Assembly (NCBI RefSeq): GCF_900167005.1
Contig: NZ_FUXW01000012.1
Coordinates: 1-24,000 of the forward strand
Direction: 5' to 3'
Length of the DNA: 24,000 bases
Origin: Butyricicoccus pullicaecorum DSM 23266
GTDB lineage: Bacteria; Bacillota; Clostridia; Oscillospirales; Butyricicoccaceae
Each line of letters opens with the position of its first letter. Positions within the stretch are counted from its first letter, which is position 1. The notes beneath the pieces are model-generated. The model was not told the DNA's origin and did not search any database. It saw only the letters and a program-made list of their open reading frames with translations. This document shows, in pieces, positions 20,402 to 24,000 of the stretch. Made by a program: the position numbers and the translations under genes.

Positions 20402-23008
20402 ATGAATCAAGAGATACTGAAAAAAATGAAAAGTCGCCCGGAAGTGGCTGTCAATTCCATCCGTCGTGTTGTCAGTCAATATAAGGAATCCTTTGAAGCC
20501 TGGTTTCCAGAAGAAATGTATAAGTGGCGGGCAGTCCAGTGCTTTCAGGAGCATTGGAACCCGGAAAGAGTGGATTTTGCAGAAATGCTGAAGGAATCTC
20601 TGGCACAGGCGGGCAATCTGATGGACACCAATTACGCGTATCCCTGCAAGATGATCGCATTTTTTGCGGAAAAGGAGCCTAATACGGTTCGATTCATGTT
20701 TCAGCGACTTCTGGACCCTCAAGCAGATGTGGTCGAGCAAATACAGAGCTTTGAGAAGAGCGCAGATGGTTTGTTAGCCAAGTATCAGTTCAAAGAGAGC
20801 ATGAAACAGCATTATCAAGGCGATCGAACGATCTGCACCTACCTGTTCTTTGCGCAGCCAGACCGGTATTTTCTTTATCAATACGGTAAACTCAAGGCTT
20901 TTCTGGCAGAGACTGGCTTGCGCGCCACCTGTAAAATGGGAGATATCCAGAATGTACTTACCTACCAGGAGGTTGCCAATCAAGTTCTCTCTTGTGTTCG
21001 GCAGGACAGTGAGCTGCTGAATCTGTTTGAAACAAAACGGGCGGAGTTGGGAAACTCGTATTATCCCGATTCTGAGCATCACCTTTTAACGGACGATATT
21101 ATCTACTTTGCAAGTCGGCTTTATAAAAGCGGCTACTGGCCGGCTTCGGCAGAGTATGATCCGGAGATCAGTGCAGAACAGTGGTTAGAACTTCTTGCAG
21201 ACAGATCGGTCTGCACAGCAGAAAATTTGGAGATTCTGAAAACCATGCAGGAGTTGGGAGGCGAGGCGACCTGTAAACAGCTGAGCTTGCGATCTGGAGG
21301 AAGTTCTGCCCATTATAATGGCAGTATGATCCAGTTGGCCAGACGGGTACAGGGAAAAACCGGTTGTCCATTAGTTCAGAGTAAAAATGAAGATCAGAAA
21401 TGGTGGCCGATTTTGTTTGTGGGCCGCACGGCCCTTCCCGATCAGCCTGGTACATACTCTTGGAAACTTCGCGATGAATTGGCAGAGACGCTGGAACTTC
21501 TGTCGCAGAAAGAGGTGAATAATCCCATGCCTTTTGCAAAGAATACAATTCTTTATGGTCCTCCTGGAACGGGCAAGACTTACCAGACAGTCAACTATGC
21601 TGTAGCGATCATAGAGGGAAGAGCCCTGGAAGAAGTTCAGACAGAAAACCATGAGGAGGTTTTGCAGCGATACCGAAAGTATCGGCAGGATGGGCGCATT
21701 GAGTTTACAACTTTCCACCAGTCTTTCGGCTACGAGGACTTTATTGAAGGCATTCGCCCGGTTTTTGCGGAGGATAACGAAGAGGAAAACGGTGACATTT
21801 GCTATGAGATTACAGATGGTGTGTTTAAGAAATTCTGTGCGACCGCGCAGCCTCCAGCAGTAGACCCAAATCAAAACCCCTACGGCTTCTCAGCATCTCC
21901 CACGATCTGGAAAGTGTCGCTTGGAGGTACAGGGCAGCACCCACTTCGGGATTACTGCATGGCAAATAGCTGCATCCGCATTGGATGGGATGAATACGGA
22001 GAGAACATTACCGATGACATGGACTACCATGTAGGCGGAAAAACGGTGTTGAACGCATTTTTGTACAGAATGCAGCCTGGAGATATTATTCTTTCCTGCT
22101 ATACCGCGCACTCCATTGATGCGATTGGTGTCGTAACTGGAGAGCCTGAATGGCATCCAGAATTTGACCACTATAAGCGGCTGAGAACAGTGAGATGGCT
22201 GATTCAAGGCCAAAACATCGATATTGAAGAGTTTCGACTAGAAAAAAGTCTGACGCTGTCCACGGTTTACCGGCTTAACACGACGGTTGAAACGGTCATT
22301 GAAGTTTTAGGCAAGCATGGATTTTCAGGTGCAGCCCCAGTAAAGGGCACCAAAGGCCCCTATGTATTTATTATTGACGAGATCAACCGCGGCAACATCT
22401 CCAAGATTTTTGGAGAACTCATCACTTTAATTGAGCCTTCCAAGCGCCTGGGGCAGAGTGAAGAATTGCAAGCCAAGCTGCCTTACTCTCACAAAGCCTT
22501 TGGAATCCCTGACAATGTCTATTTGTTGGGTACCATGAATACAGCGGATCGCTCTATTGCTCTGTTGGATACTGCCCTCCGTCGTCGGTTCAGCTTTGTG
22601 GAAATGATGCCGGACAGTGGTGTTCTGGATGACGTAAAAGTCGAGGGTATTTCCATCAGCGGTCTGCTTACGACACTAAACCGCCGGATCGAGGTGCTGT
22701 TTGACCGGGAACATACGCTCGGCCATGCTTTCTTTACGCCTCTGCGTCAGTCTCCGACGATTCAGACCTTAGGTGAGATCTTCCGAGATAAGGTTGTTCC
22801 GCTTCTTCAGGAGTATTTCTATGACGACTATGAAAAGATCTGTCTGGTACTGGGGGACAGGAAACGGCCAGAGCAGCAGCAATTTTTTAAGGTTGAAACA
22901 GTTGATTTGCAAAGCTTGTTTGGCGTGGAGCCAGAGTTTGAGGTAAATCCCACATACCGTATCAATCCAGATGCCTTCTTTGATGCGGAAGTATACCGAA
23001 ATCTCTGA
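20402..23008 (+). CDS. mcrB: McrB-family AAA+ GTPase (type IV restriction, motor/specificity subunit homolog), atypically large (868 aa)
   Basis: SD ggaggg lies 10 nt upstream of the ATG. McrB hallmarks appear in order: Walker A ILYGPPGTGKTY (21557-21580), FTTFHQSFGYEDFIEGIRP, Walker B YVFIIDEINRGNISKIFGELITLIE (from 22361), GTMNTADRSIALLDTALRRRFSF, and LLQEYFYDDYEK near the C-terminus. A roughly 375-aa N-terminal extension and a roughly 150-aa insertion between Walker A and Walker B are absent from E. coli McrB. Confidence 0.9.
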   Translation: MNQEILKKMKSRPEVAVNSIRRVVSQYKESFEAWFPEEMYKWRAVQCFQEHWNPERVDFAEMLKESLAQAGNLMDTNYAYPCKMIAFFAEKEPNTVRFMFQRLLDPQADVVEQIQSFEKSADGLLAKYQFKESMKQHYQGDRTICTYLFFAQPDRYFLYQYGKLKAFLAETGLRATCKMGDIQNVLTYQEVANQVLSCVRQDSELLNLFETKRAELGNSYYPDSEHHLLTDDIIYFASRLYKSGYWPASAEYDPEISAEQWLELLADRSVCTAENLEILKTMQELGGEATCKQLSLRSGGSSAHYNGSMIQLARRVQGKTGCPLVQSKNEDQKWWPILFVGRTALPDQPGTYSWKLRDELAETLELLSQKEVNNPMPFAKNTILYGPPGTGKTYQTVNYAVAIIEGRALEEVQTENHEEVLQRYRKYRQDGRIEFTTFHQSFGYEDFIEGIRPVFAEDNEEENGDICYEITDGVFKKFCATAQPPAVDPNQNPYGFSASPTIWKVSLGGTGQHPLRDYCMANSCIRIGWDEYGENITDDMDYHVGGKTVLNAFLYRMQPGDIILSCYTAHSIDAIGVVTGEPEWHPEFDHYKRLRTVRWLIQGQNIDIEEFRLEKSLTLSTVYRLNTTVETVIEVLGKHGFSGAAPVKGTKGPYVFIIDEINRGNISKIFGELITLIEPSKRLGQSEELQAKLPYSHKAFGIPDNVYLLGTMNTADRSIALLDTALRRRFSFVEMMPDSGVLDDVKVEGISISGLLTTLNRRIEVLFDREHTLGHAFFTPLRQSPTIQTLGEIFRDKVVPLLQEYFYDDYEKICLVLGDRKRPEQQQFFKVETVDLQSLFGVEPEFEVNPTYRINPDAFFDAEVYRNL

Positions 23009-23038
23009 CTGGTGCATTCCATTGGGAGGTGAGCTCCG

Positions 23039-24000
23039 TTGAAACAATATACCATTCGGGAATATATGGGTTTTAGCCGAAATGGACCACCGCGGGCAGG
23101 TATAGTCTCTCTGCCGGAACACGCCTTCGATCAGCTGGAGCAGTTTATTCTATCCAATCGGGATGCAAATTCCGGAGCCGAACCACTGGAACTCATGAGT
23201 CTGAGTGCCAGGCAAGGTTTGGGTAAGGTGATTACTGCCAAAAATTATGTAGGAGTTATCACCACTAGAGACGGAACTGAGATCGAAATTCTGCCCAAAC
23301 TGACGTTGGCAGGGGACAACAGTGACCAGGCTGTTCGTAAAGTGTTTCTTACTATGCTTCGAACGGTTCAGGAGGCTCCGTTCAAGGCATTTCGCACTGC
23401 CCACTTGAATACCTCTCGCATGCACTTATTGGATCTGTTCGTGCGCATGTTTTTGGACGAGGTACATCGGCTGATTAGGCGAGGGTTGAAATCGGATTAC
23501 ACAGCAAAACAGGATAATGAAACTTGTGTCCGCGGGAAAATCGTATTTTCGGAGCACATCCGAAAAAATCTGCTGCACCGGGAACGAGTCTTCGTGGAGT
23601 ACGATGTATTTAGTGTGGATTGCCCGGAAAATCGCTTGGTGAAGTCTACGGCGCTCTACTTACAGCGGAACACCACGAATTTGCAAAATCGCAAAGATCT
23701 TCGGAAGGTATTATCCGTTATGGAGCAAGTCCCGGTGTCCCAAAATGCAGAGCAGGACTTCCTACGCTGTGGTCAATCCCGCACCATGGCAGACTACCAG
23801 CGACTGCTGGAGCTGTGCCGGGTATTTTTACAGGGTAAGAGTTTTACCGCATTTTCTGGCGGACAGGCTGCCCTAGCGCTTCTTTTCCCTATGGAGCGAA
23901 TTTTTGAGAGCTATGTGGCAACGGTTTTACGACGGTGTTTGGATGCCAAACAATATCGTGTGCATGTGCAGGCGAAAGGCAAGTATCTCTTTGAGTTGCC
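23039..24000 (+). CDS. mcrC: McrC-family protein (nuclease subunit homolog), 3' end cut by the window edge
   Basis: My own translation from TTG 23039 (SD ggaggt 8 nt upstream; ATG 23063 is an alternative start) is open to the window end. It reads KQYTIREYMGF...ITAKNYVGVITTRDGTEIEILPKL...LLDLFVRMFLDEVHRLIRRGLKSDYTAKQDNETCVRGKIVFSEHIRKNLLHRERVFVEYDVFSVDCPENRLVKS...LLFPMERIFESYVA. This matches the usual McrC N-terminal and central pattern and the position directly after mcrB. The C-terminal PD-(D/E)xK nuclease part lies outside the window. Confidence 0.8.
   Translation, partial: MKQYTIREYMGFSRNGPPRAGIVSLPEHAFDQLEQFILSNRDANSGAEPLELMSLSARQGLGKVITAKNYVGVITTRDGTEIEILPKLTLAGDNSDQAVRKVFLTMLRTVQEAPFKAFRTAHLNTSRMHLLDLFVRMFLDEVHRLIRRGLKSDYTAKQDNETCVRGKIVFSEHIRKNLLHRERVFVEYDVFSVDCPENRLVKSTALYLQRNTTNLQNRKDLRKVLSVMEQVPVSQNAEQDFLRCGQSRTMADYQRLLELCRVFLQGKSFTAFSGGQAALALLFPMERIFESYVATVLRRCLDAKQYRVHVQAKGKYLFEL

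Overview
The window looks like chromosomal DNA from a Firmicutes/Clostridia-type bacterium. The evidence is PTS plus LicT/RAT control, a YesM/YesN-type two-component system and SLH cell-wall anchoring. Coding regions are mostly about 55-63% GC on the lines I hand-counted.

Layout, left to right:
1. nt 1-8253: two tandem paralogous aryl-beta-glucoside modules, each a PTS EII(B)CA transporter plus a GH1 6-phospho-beta-glucosidase. A Cof-type HAD phosphatase and a LicT/BglG antiterminator lie between them. The antiterminator's leader carries a clear RAT element followed by a hairpin and T tracts.
2. nt 8260-10320: a much AT-richer islet (about 30% GC on one counted line). It holds three small orphan ORFs on the + strand and one frameshifted small gene on the - strand, each unit with its own expression signals.
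3. nt 10324-12213 (- strand): an AraC/GyrI-like regulator and a two-domain GNAT acetyltransferase.
4. nt 12475-19544: a translationally coupled histidine kinase, AraC-output response regulator and solute-binding protein, with no ABC permease genes in the window. A large SLH-anchored protein with two esterase-like domains follows; the first domain has lost its nucleophile serine.
5. nt 19587-20400: an ORF-poor tract with two intrinsic terminators, a C-depleted stretch and decayed HTH gene fragments.
6. nt 20402-24000: a McrBC-like module. McrB is an atypically large 868-aa AAA+ GTPase with a roughly 375-aa N-terminal extension and a roughly 150-aa insertion between Walker A and Walker B. The 5' part of mcrC follows and is cut by the window edge.

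The atypical McrBC module is the best candidate for an under-described system, and the orphan-ORF islet is second. I saw no rRNA, tRNA, CRISPR array, transposase or integrase. All calls rest on motif recognition by eye; no database search was possible.
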